A stretch of DNA of 64,000 bases from an uncultured Chloroflexia bacterium (GTDB lineage: Bacteria > Chloroflexota > Limnocylindria > Limnocylindrales > CSP1-4). The position numbers were made by a program, and so were the translations under genes. Below are positions 19,753 to 31,185 of the stretch, piece by piece; position 1 is the first letter of the stretch; each line of letters begins with the position of its first letter. The stretch lies in the NCBI GenBank assembly GCA_963774695.1, contig CAVZFY010000021.1:148786-212785 (forward strand), in the 5' to 3' direction. The notes below the pieces were generated by a model. That model was given only the letters and a program-made list of their open reading frames with translations, searched no databases and had not been told where the DNA came from.

Positions 19753-22700
19753 GTGACCGGTCTGGGTTCCGGCGCGCCCGGCCGGGATAGCACCACGGAC
19801 GAGGCCCCCCGGCGAGGCTTCGGCTGGCAGCTCCTGGCGATCCTGGCGATCGCGCTCGTGTTCCGCCTGATGATGGCATACGGGTTCGATGCGCTCCGGG
19901 GATCCGGGTTCCGCTCCGACCTCGACCTGTTCCGGTTCTGGGCGGACAACCTCGGCAAGCAGGGCCCGTTCGGCTTCTACGACCGCGACTTCTTCGCCGA
20001 CTACACCCCGGGCTACCTCTACGCCCTGTGGCTGGTCGGCGTCGTCGGCCAGCTCCTGGGCGGCGTCGGCGACCTGATCAAGCTGCCGGCGATCATCACG
20101 GACGTCGTCCTCGGGCTGATCGTCTACGTGATGGCCCGCGACCTCGGGGTCGGCGAGCGCCGCTCGACGATCGCCGCGGCCGTCGTCGTCCTCAACCCGA
20201 TCACCTGGTTCGACTCGGTGGTCTGGGGCCAGGTCGACAGCTTCGGCACCGTGTTCCTGCTGCTCTCGGTGCGCGAGCTGTGGAAGGCGCGCAGCGAGCG
20301 CGCCGCGATCTTCGCGGTCGTGGCGGCCCTCGTGAAGCCGCAGCTGGCGATCCTCGTGCCGATCGTCGCGGCCGTCACGATCCGGCGCGCGCTGTGGCCC
20401 GACGGCGGCTTCGGGTCGGAAGGGGCGCCCGCGCCGTCGGGGTTCCGGTGGGAGCGGCGGCACCAGGGCCCGATCCGGATCCTGTCGACGGCCGTGGCGG
20501 GCTTCGCGACGGCGGTCGCGCTGTCGGCGCCGTTCGGGCTGTCGGTCGTGTCGTTCTCGACCACGGCGCCGTTCGTCGACTCGTCGCTGATGCGGCTCAT
20601 CCTGAGCACCGCCTCGACCTACTCGTACGTGTCGGTGAACGCGTACAACCTGTGGGCGCTGTTCCCGGTCGACGGCCAGAGCATGGCGACGAGCCGCGGC
20701 TGGATCTACGACGCGCCGGTCGCCGACGCGACGAGCTGGGCCTCGATCGGGCCGTTCCCGGCGGCGGCCGTCGGTGGCGTGCTGCTCGCCCTGCTGCTGT
20801 TCGTCGTCGTGCCCGTCCTCGTGGCGCGACGGCCGGACCGGCTCACGATCCTCGTCGGCGTGTCGGTGCTCGCGCTCGCCTTCTTCGCCGTCCCGACGCG
20901 CGTCCACGAGCGCTACCTGTTCCCGCTGTTCGCGATCGCGGCGATCCCGTTCGCCTTCTCGTGGCGCTGGCGGATCTTCTACGTCGTCGCGTCGATCGCG
21001 ACGTTCCTCAACATGTACGCCGTCCTGACGACGATCTACCCGGACAACCCGAGCATCTCGGACTGGCTGGGGATCGGCGACGCCATCACGTCGCAGGCGG
21101 GCGTGACGGTGATCGCGCTGATGAACACCGGCGCGTTCCTGTGGGCCTTCGCCCAGCTGCGTCCGCGGCGCCCAACGGACGTTCGCCGCGGAGCTCGAGC
21201 GCGGGCGCGTGCCCGACACCTGGGACGCGCCACCGGCCCTCGAGCCGGCACCCGCCGGCGTGATCGCCTTCGACGCGGAGCCCGAGCCGGTGGCGCCGGC
21301 GTCGCGGGGCACGGGAGCGCCGGGCATCGTCGCGCCGGGTGGCCCGGCCGCCGGGGCCGGCGTCCTCGCCCTCGCGCCCGCGCGCCTCGTGCCGGCGTGG
21401 TTCGACCGCCCCGGCTGGACCGACATCGGCCCGATCGGCTGGATCCGCACCCGGATCAACGAGACGCCGATCCGGCCCGACCGGTCCCGCCTCCTGTCCA
21501 CGGAGGGTCGCGGCCGGCTGGATCGCCTGGACCTGTGGATCCTGATCGTGCTCGTCGTGTCGGCGATGTGCCTGCGGACGTTCCGGCTCGCCGAGCCCGC
21601 CCGGATGCACTTCGACGAGGTCTACCACGCGCGGACCGCGGCCGAGTTCCTCCAGGACTGGCGCTACGGGCTGTCCCACTACATCTACGAGTGGACGCAC
21701 CCGCACCTCGCCAAGTACGCGATGGCGGGCGGCATCGTGCTGTTCGCCGGGCACGACACCTCGGCCACGAGCAACCTCGGCACGCCGGTCCGCGACGCGG
21801 CGATCGAGCCCCGCCGCCCCGACCCCCTCTCGGCCACGGCGAGGGACGGCGACCGGGTGTGGACCGTGACCGGCACCGGCCTCACGGGCTACGACCTCCA
21901 GACGCGCAAGCTCGTCGCCTCCTGGCCGATCGCCGGCGCGAGCGCGGTCGCGTACGACGCCGACGGGCAACAAGCTGTACGTCGGCACCGACGGCGGCGA
22001 GCTGCTGGCGCTCGACACGACGCTGTTCGACAGCGACCCCGGCGGGAGCCCGTACGAGCTCCCGTTCCAGCCCGAGTCGGTGACGACCCTCGACGGGGCC
22101 ATCTCGCACCTGGCGACATTCGACAGCGGCGGGAGCGTGGCCGCGGTCCTGCCCGGCGACACCGTCACGATCGTCGACCCGGGGTCCGGCACGGTGACGG
22201 GCTCGGCCGTCGTGCCGGGCGCCGTCGACATGACCGACGCGGGCTCGGGCGACGCGGTCGTCGCCGCGCCCGCGGACGTCGACGACCCGTCGCTGGTCGC
22301 GGACCGCCTGGCGAGCATCCTCGGCGGTGACGCGGCGTCCTACGAGGCGCTGCTGTCCGCGACGGACCAGGACCAGGTGGTGATCGCCGCGCCGCCGGAC
22401 AGCGACGCCCGCAAGTCGCTCGACACCGCGGTCAGCGACGGCACCCTCGCGGGCGTGAGCGTCCAGCCGGTGCCGGAGCTCGCGGTGGCCGGCTCGGACG
22501 GCGTGACGATCCTCGGCAGCACCGGGGCCGTGACGGCCAAGGTCGCGATCGACGGCGGCGCCCACGGCCTGGCGCTGGTCAGCGGCGTCGACGACGGCAC
22601 CCAGCTCTACGTGTCGAGCCAGGACACCAGCAAGGACCCGCAGCTCTCGATCATCGCCGTGTCCGGGACCGCGGCCAAGGAGGGTCCCGTCGTCACCGAC

Positions 22701-25138
22701 ACGATGCCGATGCCCGGCGCCCTGACGAAGGTCGTGTTCGACGAGGCGTCCGAGATGGTCGAGGTCCTCGGCACGGCGCCCGACGGCTCGGGGAGCACGG
22801 TGTACATCGTCGAGACGCACGGCAAGAGCGTGTTCGCCGACCAGCGCGTCCCGTTCGCGCCGGTGGCCTGGGCGCTCGACCACAACCCGGACTACCCGAC
22901 CGCCAACCGCGGCCAGCTGCTGACCTTCGCCTCGGACGGCGAGACCGGCACGCTCGACATCGGGGACTACCCGTTCGCCTGGCGGCTGCCCGGCGTGATC
23001 ATGGGCGTGATCACCGTCGCGTTCCTGTTCCTGCTGACGCGGATCCTGTTCCGGCGGCGCGAGATCGCGGTGCTGGTCGGCCTGTTCGCCCTGCTCGACG
23101 GGATGTTCTTCGTCCAGAGCCGGATCGCGATGAACGACGTCTACACCGGCGCGTTCATCGTCGCCGCGTACGCCGTGTTCGCGTGGCTGTGGCTCAACCC
23201 GGACAAGCCACGATGGGCGTTCTGGACCCTGATGCCCGTCGTCGGCGTCCTGCTCGGCCTCGCGCTCGCCTCGAAGTGGGTGGCGGCCTACGCCATCGGC
23301 GCCCTCGGGCATCCTCATCCTCGCCCGCTCGGCGCTCGGGCGCTTCGTGCTCATCCTCGGGATGATCGGGCTCACCGGCGTGCTCGGCTGGATGGCGATG
23401 GCGGTCCCGTCGGGCAGCGGGGCGATGGGCAACCTGCTGTTCCCGCTGATCATGATCGCCCTGACCCTCGCGACCGTCGTGGTCACCGTGTACCACCCGA
23501 TCGCGTGGTCGGACGAGGAGATGTGGATCGCGGTCGCCGCGCCGGCCGGCCTCGGCATCCTCGTCGCGGTCGGCTCGATCCTGGTGGGCAAGGCCGGCAA
23601 CACGATCACCGTCGGCCCGGTCAGGTTCACGCCGCTCGAGGTCGCCTTCGCGCTGATCGTGGTGGCCGGCCTCGCCTACCTCGCGTTCCAGGTCGCGGGC
23701 CGGCTCGGGTTCGGTCCCGATGGCCCCGCCGCCGGACGCGGACAGTCCGCGCGCCCTGGTGCCGCCGGCGTCGCCGCCCGCGACCGGCTGGCTGCGCCCG
23801 GGCTGGGCCCTCGGGATCCCGATCGTCTGGATGGTCGGCTCGCTGCTCGCGATCCCGCTCGTGGTGTACGTCCTCCTGTACATCCCATGGGCGCTCATCG
23901 AGGGTCACCAGCTGTTCGCGGGCTGGCCGCCGGGCCACACGGGCCAGACGCTGGTCGACCTCACCGCCGAGATGTACCGCTACCACAACGACCTCACGGC
24001 GCCGCACGCCGCGAGCTCGCCGTGGTGGGCGTGGCCGCTGAACCTCAAGCCGGTCTGGTTCTACCAGGGGAGCTTCGCCAACGACACCGCCGCGTCGATC
24101 TACGACGCCGGCAACGTGGTCCTGTGGTGGATGGGGATCCCGGCGATGGCCTTCGTCGCCTACCAGGCGTTCAAGCGCCAGAGCCTGCCGCTCGCGCTGA
24201 TCCTCGTGGGCTTCCTGTGCCAGTGGATCTCGTGGGCCCGCATCGACCGCGCCGCCTTCCAGTACCACTACTACACGAGCCTGCCGTTCCTGTTCATGGC
24301 GCTCGCGTACTTCATCGGGGAGGTGTGGCACGGACCGTCGCGCCGGACGTGGCTGCTCGCGCGGGTCGCCGCGGTGGGCGCCCTGTTCGCGCCGATCTTC
24401 CTGTGGATCATCCGCAAGCCGGTGCTGTGCAACCTCGCCAACGTCGAGGCGGTCAACCCGGGATCCGCGGCGTGCCACGGCGACCCGGGCAACCTCGTCG
24501 TGACGCCCGCCGCCGCGGCGCTCGTGATCGTGGCGCTGGTCACGCTGATCGTGCTCGTGCGGCTCCTGATGAACCTGGGCCGGCCGCACGGGGACGGCAC
24601 GCCGGTCGGGCCGCGCGACCTCCTGCCGCTCGCGATCACGGCCATCGTCGGTGGCGCGGTCATCGCGCTGACGCGCGCGCTGCCCGCCGACGCCGCGCTG
24701 TTCTCGGTGCCCGGCGTCGTGCCGGAGCTGATCGCCGTGATCGCCGCGATACCGCTGGCGCTCGTCGCCATCCAGATCGTCACCGCCCGCGACGCCAGGC
24801 GGTTCGCGGCCGGGTTCGTGATCGCCGCGGCGGCCTGGTTCGTGATCCTGTACCCGAACATCGCCGCGCTGCCGATGCCGGCCGCCCTCGTCAACGCCTA
24901 CCAGGGGATCCTGCCGACCTACCTGTACGCGTTCCAGTTCTCGGTGAACACCCTCGACCGGAGCGGGGCGATCTCGTTCGCCGACCCGCGGTTCGCGATC
25001 CTGATGGTGTTCCTCGTGATCGCCTGCGCCATGGTCGCGTACTCGACCTGGGTGTGGCGGATGGCGCTGGCCGAGGACGACGAGACCGCCACCACCGGCG
25101 ACACCGGTGGCCCCGAGGGCGCGGCGGGTCCCGCCTGA
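19753..25138 (+). CDS. Giant (~1,800 aa) fusion: GT-C mannosyl/glucosyltransferase-like domain plus protein O-mannosyltransferase (GT39/PMT) with a ~400 aa extracellular insert; about 4 frameshifts
   Basis: Domain 1: SDLDLFRFW, DYTPGY, IKLPAI, NPITWFDSVVWGQVDS, KPQ, HERYLFP. PMT: MHFDEVYHARTA, YEWTHPHLAK, FVQSRIAMND, LALASKW, HAASSPWWAWP, GNVVLWW, FQYHY. Frames join without stop codons or internal starts. Confidence 0.75.
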
Positions 25139-25141
25139 CCG

Positions 25142-26401
25142 TCAGGCAGGCTCCGGGGCGGGCTCCGTGACCGGTGCGGTGTCGAACGCCGGGCCCCCGT
25201 CGCCGTCGCTGCCGATCCCGCCGGGGGCGACGAGCGGGCGCGGCGACGGTGGGACCGACGCCGTGAAGTGCTCCGGCAGGGGCCCGGACGCGGCCAGCCG
25301 GCGGATCGCGAACCCGTAGTACTCCTCGACCTTGGCGGTCACGCGCGGCCAGCTGAACTCGGCCGCGCGCAGGATCCCGGCCGCCGACATCTCGGCCGCG
25401 GTGTCGGGCTCGTTCAGGAGCCGGGCGATCGAGCTCGCGATCGCCTTGGGCTGGCGCGGCGGGACGAGCAGCGCCTCGCGGTCGCGCCGGACGACGCCCT
25501 TGTAGCCGTGGATGTCGGACGCGACGATCGGCGCCCCGGAGGCCATCGCCTCGAGCAGCACGATCCCGAACGACTCGCGGCCGGTCGCCGGGGACACGTA
25601 CACGTCCGCGGTCCGGAAGAGCTGCGCCTTCTCGTCGTCGGAGACCCGCCCCAGGAACTCCACGCCGTGGAGCCGGCGGGTCGCGATGTAGCGGCGGGCC
25701 TCGCGCTCCTGCGGCCCGCCACCGACGAGGAGCAGGCGGCACTCGCAGCCGGTCTTGCGCAGGATCCGGTACGCCTGCAGGAGGTCGAGGACGCCCTTGC
25801 GGGGCTCGAACCGCCCGACGAACAGGATGTTCGCGGTGCCGTCCTGCCAGCGGGCCACCGGCACGGCGCGGCGGAACCGCTCGATGTCGACGCCGTTGGG
25901 GATGACCTTGTAGTCGCCGGGGAAGTAGCGGTCGATGAAGTGGCGCGCGGCCGCCGACACCGCGATCCGGCCGTGGAGCCGGTCCGCGTAGGAGCGCATC
26001 GCGCGGCTGCCGAACTCGTAGGCCGGCGACCAGCCGCCGTAGGCGTGGAAGGTGCCGATGTTCACGCTCTTCGACTCGCGCAGGATGATGAGCGAGAGGA
26101 ACGGCACGAACGGCTCGTGGAAGTGGAGGACGTCGAACCGCTCCCGGTCCAGCATCTCCCGCACCTGCGAGATGAAGCGGGGCGACAGCGTCACCGTCCC
26201 GACGGACCCGTTGGCCGGCATCGAGAAGCCCTTGCCGAGGCGGATGACGTCGCCCTCGGACGCGCGCTGGAGCCCGTGGGACGAGGTCAGGATGCGGACG
26301 TCGTGGCCGCGCAGGCGCAGGTTCTCGTAGAGGTACCGGACGTGCTGGGTCACGCCGCCGGGCAGCGGGTACACGTACGGGGAGACGAGGCCGATCTTCA
26401 T
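25142..26401 (-). CDS. pimA: GT4 glycosyltransferase, phosphatidyl-myo-inositol mannosyltransferase-like
   Basis: MKIGLVSPYVYPLPGGVTQHV; HFHEPFVP; GTFH; IAVS..A; VIPNGVD; FVGRFEPRKG; GRESFGIVLLEAMA. Confidence 0.8.
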   Translation of the reverse strand: MKIGLVSPYVYPLPGGVTQHVRYLYENLRLRGHDVRILTSSHGLQRASEGDVIRLGKGFSMPANGSVGTVTLSPRFISQVREMLDRERFDVLHFHEPFVPFLSLIILRESKSVNIGTFHAYGGWSPAYEFGSRAMRSYADRLHGRIAVSAAARHFIDRYFPGDYKVIPNGVDIERFRRAVPVARWQDGTANILFVGRFEPRKGVLDLLQAYRILRKTGCECRLLLVGGGPQEREARRYIATRRLHGVEFLGRVSDDEKAQLFRTADVYVSPATGRESFGIVLLEAMASGAPIVASDIHGYKGVVRRDREALLVPPRQPKAIASSIARLLNEPDTAAEMSAAGILRAAEFSWPRVTAKVEEYYGFAIRRLAASGPLPEHFTASVPPSPRPLVAPGGIGSDGDGGPAFDTAPVTEPAPEPA

Positions 26402-27225
26402 CCCGCGTCCCGCTCCGCGTCCGCGGGCTCGAAGCGCGGCGGCCGGTGGTGCCCGCCCGGATAGCCGTGGTCGCGGCCCGTGCCGTCGCGGCGCAGCCGG
26501 CCGCCAACCTCGGCGCGCGCGTCGCGGCCGCGCTTGCGCAGCTGCCGACCGAACGTCCCGAGCTGGCCTGCGGTGCCGTGGAAGCCGCCGTGATGGGCCG
26601 TGGTGCCCGCGAGGATCGCGGCGCGGACGTCGCCGTCGGTCCGGCCCGGGAAGCTCGTCCAGCCCGATCCCACGGCGTCGACCGCGTGGGCGTCGCTGTT
26701 GCCGATCTGGGACAGGCCGTGGTCCGCGGCGAAGCGGACGACCCGCTCGTGCCAGTAGCGGCCGAGCGCGGTGGGGTTGAACGTCTCGATCGCGTCCGGC
26801 CGCACGGCCGGGTCGGGGTCGTCGAGCAGCCCGCGGAGCACGAACCCCTGGGCGCACAGCGGGTACGGGACGAGCGGGTGGGCCGGGATCGCGATGCCGC
26901 CCTGCTCGTGGACGGCGGCGACGGACCAGCGCAGGCTCCGCAGCCTGGGCACGGGCCGCTCGAGGAACAGCCCGAGCAGGTGGCCGCCGCGGGTGCTGAT
27001 CTCCTCGCCCACCACCACCCGCACGCGCATGCCACCATCCTCGGCCATGCGGCGGGCCGCCAGGGCGGCGTCGATGCGCTCGTGGTCGGTGATCGCGATC
27101 ACGTCGAGCACGGCCTCGCGCTCCACGCGGTCCAGGATCTCGGCGACCGACGCCGTCCCGTCCGATGCGAGCGTGTGGATGTGGAGGTCGGCCCGGCCAC
27201 GCCGCTCGGTGGGGTCCGCGGTCAC
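26398..27225 (-). CDS. PHP-domain metal-dependent phosphoesterase
   Basis: ADLHIHTLASDG, AITDHE, GEEIST..GHL, IPAHP, GNSDAH; GGAGG SD plus GTGA overlap at the start. Confidence 0.88.
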   Translation of the reverse strand: MTADPTERRGRADLHIHTLASDGTASVAEILDRVEREAVLDVIAITDHERIDAALAARRMAEDGGMRVRVVVGEEISTRGGHLLGLFLERPVPRLRSLRWSVAAVHEQGGIAIPAHPLVPYPLCAQGFVLRGLLDDPDPAVRPDAIETFNPTALGRYWHERVVRFAADHGLSQIGNSDAHAVDAVGSGWTSFPGRTDGDVRAAILAGTTAHHGGFHGTAGQLGTFGRQLRKRGRDARAEVGGRLRRDGTGRDHGYPGGHHRPPRFEPADAERDAG

Positions 27226-28233
27226 GGGGTGGCCTCCGCGCCGGCCGGATCGGCTGCGCCGGCATCCGTCGGACGTCCGAGCGGACTGGTCCAGGTCCGG
27301 CCAGATCGGGTGGAACGCGCCCCACCACTGCTCGGGGCCGTCCGCGAGCAGCGACTCGAAGGCGAGCGCGATCGCCGTGGTGAGGCCGACGATCTTCTCG
27401 CGCCGCGTCCCCGTCTCGGGCGTCGGCACGGGGAACAGGCGGGCACGGTAGCGGCCGTGCGCGATCCGGCGCACCGAGCCGACGTAGATCGGGCGGCCGG
27501 TCTCGACGGCGAGCAGCGCCGGTCCGGCGGGGATCGGCGCGGGGTGGCCGAAGAACGGGACGTCGATGCCGGTGTGCGTGAGGTCCCGGTCCGCGACCAG
27601 TCCGACCGACTCGCCGCCCCGGAGCGCGCGGAGCAGCGAGCGGCGCGAGTCGACGATCGGGACGGCGTTGACGCCGACGCGCCGCCGGGAGGTCACGAAC
27701 CAGTGCTGGAGGCCCGGATCGGGGACGGCCTCCATCGGCGCGGTGACGCTGTGCCCGACGAGGTCGGACACGAGCACCACCGGCAGCTCGATGGCGCCGT
27801 AGTGCATGCCGACGATGATGATCGCGTCGCCCGAGGCCAGCATGGCCCGCACGTCGTCGAGACCCTCGACGTCGATGCGCGCGACCGCGGTCCTGACGTC
27901 GTAGGCCCCGACGCGCGCCACCTCCAGGTAGTACCGGGCGGCGTGGCGGAACGACGCGCGGACGAGGCGCTCGAGGGCGTCGGGATCGGTCGCGGCGCGG
28001 CGGGCGGCGGGCGTCCCGCGCCCGCTCGCGGCCAGGCCCTCGCAGACCCGTGCCAGGTTCGCCCGCGCCTGGTCGCGACGGGCCGGCGCCAGGCGGTACC
28101 AGAGCTCGCCGGCGGACTCGGCCGCGGCGACGAGCGGGCGCTCGGGGAGGTGCGACGCGAGCCACGCGGCGCCGACCACGAGCGAGCCGCGGAGGCCCGG
28201 TCGCCCGGCGATCGCCGCGGCCGCGTCGGTCAC
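27222..28233 (-). CDS. Lysophospholipid/PIM acyltransferase (PatA/HtrB family), copy 2
   Basis: SFRHAARYYLE; IIVGMHYGAIE; VGLVADRDL; VPFFG; PAGPALLA; PEQWWGAFHPIW. The true stop (AEATP*) is hidden by a late frameshift. Confidence 0.82.
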
Positions 28234-29268
28234 GGGGACGCGACCTCCGAGACGGGATCGGACGAGGCCGGCGTCCGATGCCGTGGGCTCCGTGAGCCCA
28301 CCGCTGGCGATCGCCCGCGCCTCCAGCGCGCGCGCCTCGGCCGGGTCGTCGGGCCACATCGGCTTGAAGCTGTACCACTGCTCGGGCGCCGCCGCGATCG
28401 TCGCCTCGAGGGCGTCGGCGATCCGCTGGGTCGCCCGCTGGAGGTCGGCCTCGCTCGACGATGGGACGGTGAACTCGCCGTGGGCCTCGATGGCGTAGCG
28501 GCCGTCCGGGAGGCGGCGGATGGCCAGCGGGGCGATGATCGCGCCGCTCTTGGCCGCCAGCGCGGCGGGACCGGCGGGCAGCGTGGTCCAGGCGCCGAAC
28601 AGCTTCACCGGGATGCCGTCGTCGCGGTAGCCCCAGTCGACGAGCAGCGCGAGGATCTCCTTGCGCTTGAGCACCGCGAACAGCCCGCGCAGGTTCCGCC
28701 ACGGGATGACCTTGACGCCCCAGCTCTCGCGCTGGCGGCTGAGGAGCTCGAACAGCTCCGGGTACGAGGAGTCGTCGGCGATGACGCTCACGGGGTAGCC
28801 GCGGCCCGCGAGCGCGGCCCCGACCGCCTCGTTGCTGCCGACGTGCCCGGCGACCACGATCATCGGCCGCCCGGTGGCCCGCCAGCGCTCGACGAGGCGC
28901 TCGACGCTTTCCGCCTCGACGGCCGCCACCAGCTCCTCGCGGGGCCGCGACGGGATCCGCATCAGCTCGACGACGTAGCGCGCGTACTCGCCGTACGCGC
29001 GGAGCGCGAGGCGCCGGACGCGCGGATGATCGGGCGGCAGGCCCAGCACGTGCCCGAAGTTGGCGTTGGAGAACCGCCGCTTCGCCGGCCAGGCGAGGTA
29101 GCTGCCCTTCACCGCGGTGCCGATCACCGCCTCCGAGAGGCGCGGCGGCACATGCGCGAGGACGGCCGCCGTGCCCTTGTAGGCGACGATGGCCGTCCGT
29201 TCGACGATGCGGGGAGAGGAGGTCTGGAGGCGCCGGTGCGGTGCCTCCAGCTTTCGCCCCTGGCTCAC
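28230..29268 (-). CDS. Lysophospholipid/PIM acyltransferase (PatA/HtrB family), copy 1
   Basis: [11 protein letters not shown]; [10 protein letters not shown]; LALLVDWG; VKLFG; PAGPAALA; [11 protein letters not shown]. The true stop (SEVASP*) is hidden by a late frameshift. Confidence 0.82.
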
Positions 29269-30476
29269 CGGGTGGCGGCGGCCTTCTGCTTCGCCACGCC
29301 GGCCAGCGCCTTGGCGTCCTTCTTGGACACCTCGTTGCCGACGAGCGTCTCGTTGTCCTCGCCCCGGATGAACGCCTCGACGCGGTTGTACGCGATGTCG
29401 TCGTGGATCTGGAGGGGCGGGCTCTTCATGAAGTAGCTCGACGGCGCGACGAGCGTGCCCTTGAGGCCGCGATCGAGCCCGATCCGCAGGCAGCGGATCG
29501 CGTCGATGATCACGCCCGCGCTGTTGGGGCTGTCCCAGACCTCGAGCTTGAGCTCCATGTTGAGCGGCACGTCGCCGAACGTCGTGCCCTCGATCCGGAT
29601 GTGGCACCACTTGCGGTCCTTGAGCCACGGCACGTAGTCCGACGGGCCGACGTGGATGTCGCCCTCGGAGATGTCGTAGTCGAGCATCGAGGTGACCGCG
29701 TTGGTCTTGCTGATCTTCTTGGACTCGAGGCGCTCGCGCTCGAGCATGTTCAGGAAGTCGGTGTTGCCGCCGAAGTTCAGCTGGTACGTGCGGTCGATGC
29801 GGACGCCGCGGTCCATGAACAGGCGGGTCAGGACGCGGTGCGTGATCGTCGCGCCGACCTGGCTCTTGATGTCGTCACCGATGACCGGCAGGCCCTCCTC
29901 GGCGAACCGGCGCTGCCAGTAGGGCTCGCGGCCGATGAACACCGGGATGGCGTTGACGAAGCCGACGCCGGCCTTGAGGGCCTGCTCGACGTACCACTTG
30001 GTCGCCTCCTCGCTCCCGACCGGGAGGTAGGAGACGACGACGTCGACCTCGCGCTCCCGCAGGATCCCGACGACGTCGGCCGTGGGTCCGGGCGCCTTCT
30101 CGATGATCTGCGAGAGGTACTTGCCCAGGCCGTCGTGGGTCATGCCGCGGTCGACCTTGACGCCGAGGTGGGGCACGTCCATGAACTTGTACGTGTTGTT
30201 CTGGCCCGAGAAGATCGCCTCGGACAGGTCCTTGCCGACCTTCTCCTTGTCGACGTCGAACGCCGCCACGAACTCCACGTCGCTGATGTGGTAGTCGCCC
30301 AGCTGGACGTGCATCAGCCCCGGGACGAAGTCGCCGGCCTTGGCGTTCTCGTAGTAGTAGCGGCCCTGCACGAGGCTGCTCGCGCAGTTGCCGACGCCGA
30401 CGATGGCGACGCGGATCTTCTTGCCCCGCGCCTTGGGCTCCCCGTGGCCGTTGTGGCCGTTGCCGTTCTTGCTCAC
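29265..30476 (-). CDS. ino1: myo-Inositol-1-phosphate synthase
   Basis: [18 protein letters not shown]; [10 protein letters not shown]; FVNAIPVFI; [11 protein letters not shown]; [13 protein letters not shown]; [10 protein letters not shown]; DSPNSAG; YFMKSPP. Confidence 0.96.
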   Translation of the reverse strand: MSKNGNGHNGHGEPKARGKKIRVAIVGVGNCASSLVQGRYYYENAKAGDFVPGLMHVQLGDYHISDVEFVAAFDVDKEKVGKDLSEAIFSGQNNTYKFMDVPHLGVKVDRGMTHDGLGKYLSQIIEKAPGPTADVVGILREREVDVVVSYLPVGSEEATKWYVEQALKAGVGFVNAIPVFIGREPYWQRRFAEEGLPVIGDDIKSQVGATITHRVLTRLFMDRGVRIDRTYQLNFGGNTDFLNMLERERLESKKISKTNAVTSMLDYDISEGDIHVGPSDYVPWLKDRKWCHIRIEGTTFGDVPLNMELKLEVWDSPNSAGVIIDAIRCLRIGLDRGLKGTLVAPSSYFMKSPPLQIHDDIAYNRVEAFIRGEDNETLVGNEVSKKDAKALAGVAKQKAAATR

Positions 30477-30500
30477 GTGCTCCTGCTCCATGTGCTGCGA

Positions 30501-31185
30501 TTACCCCTGTTCCTGGTTCGATGCCTGGTTGATGGTGGCGACGATGCGCTGGATGACGGTGATGGTGGCGAGGACCGCGATCAGCCCGAGGGCCGCGTCG
30601 AGGATCAGCACGCCGAGCGGCGAGTCGATCAGCCCCGACGCCGTGGTGGCCGCCGGGGTGCCGGCGATGCCGGCACCGATCAACCCGAGGGTGAGGATGA
30701 CGATACGGATCTCGCGCGGGGCGAGCCCGACGTTGGCCATGCCCGTCCCCGGCGCGAAGCCGAGGCTCTCGGACTTGGCCCGCGCGTAGCTGACCATGAA
30801 CGCGGACGACCATCGCCGCGCCGGTCAGGAGCACGGGCAGCTCGTAGCCGAGCTGCAGGGCGCCCCAGAGGATGCCGATGTAGACGACGCCCTCGCCCCA
30901 GCGGTCGAAGGTCGAGTCCATGAACGCGCCGAGCTTGCTGACCTGGTTCGTCGCGCGCGCCAGGGCGCCGTCGAACAGGTCGAACACCCCGCCGAACACG
31001 ACGAGGATGCCGGCGCCGATCCACGCCTGGGCGCCGGCGGCCACGGCGGCGACGCAGGCGATGAGGAAGCCGATGACCGTCAGGGCGTTGGGCGACAGGC
31101 CCAGCCTGCCGAGGCCGACGGCGATGGGGGTCATCAGCCCGCGGACCCGCGCCCGGGTCTCCGGGGAGACGAGCGAGCCGCTCAC
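30501..31185 (-). CDS. pgsA: CDP-alcohol phosphatidyltransferase, phosphatidylinositol-phosphate synthase-like; frameshift near 30800
   Basis: GLSPNALTVIG; DLFDGALAR...GAFMDSTFDRWGE; MVSYARAKSESLG...VGLAPREIR. Confidence 0.88.

Noticed and set aside
26398-29628. 1076 aa ORF suggesting a PatA-PatA-PHP triple fusion
   Set aside because: Both junctions have a GGAGG SD and a GTGA stop/start overlap. The +1 frame before each gives better codon usage and ends in a stop ([18 protein letters not shown]), so late indels hide the real stops.
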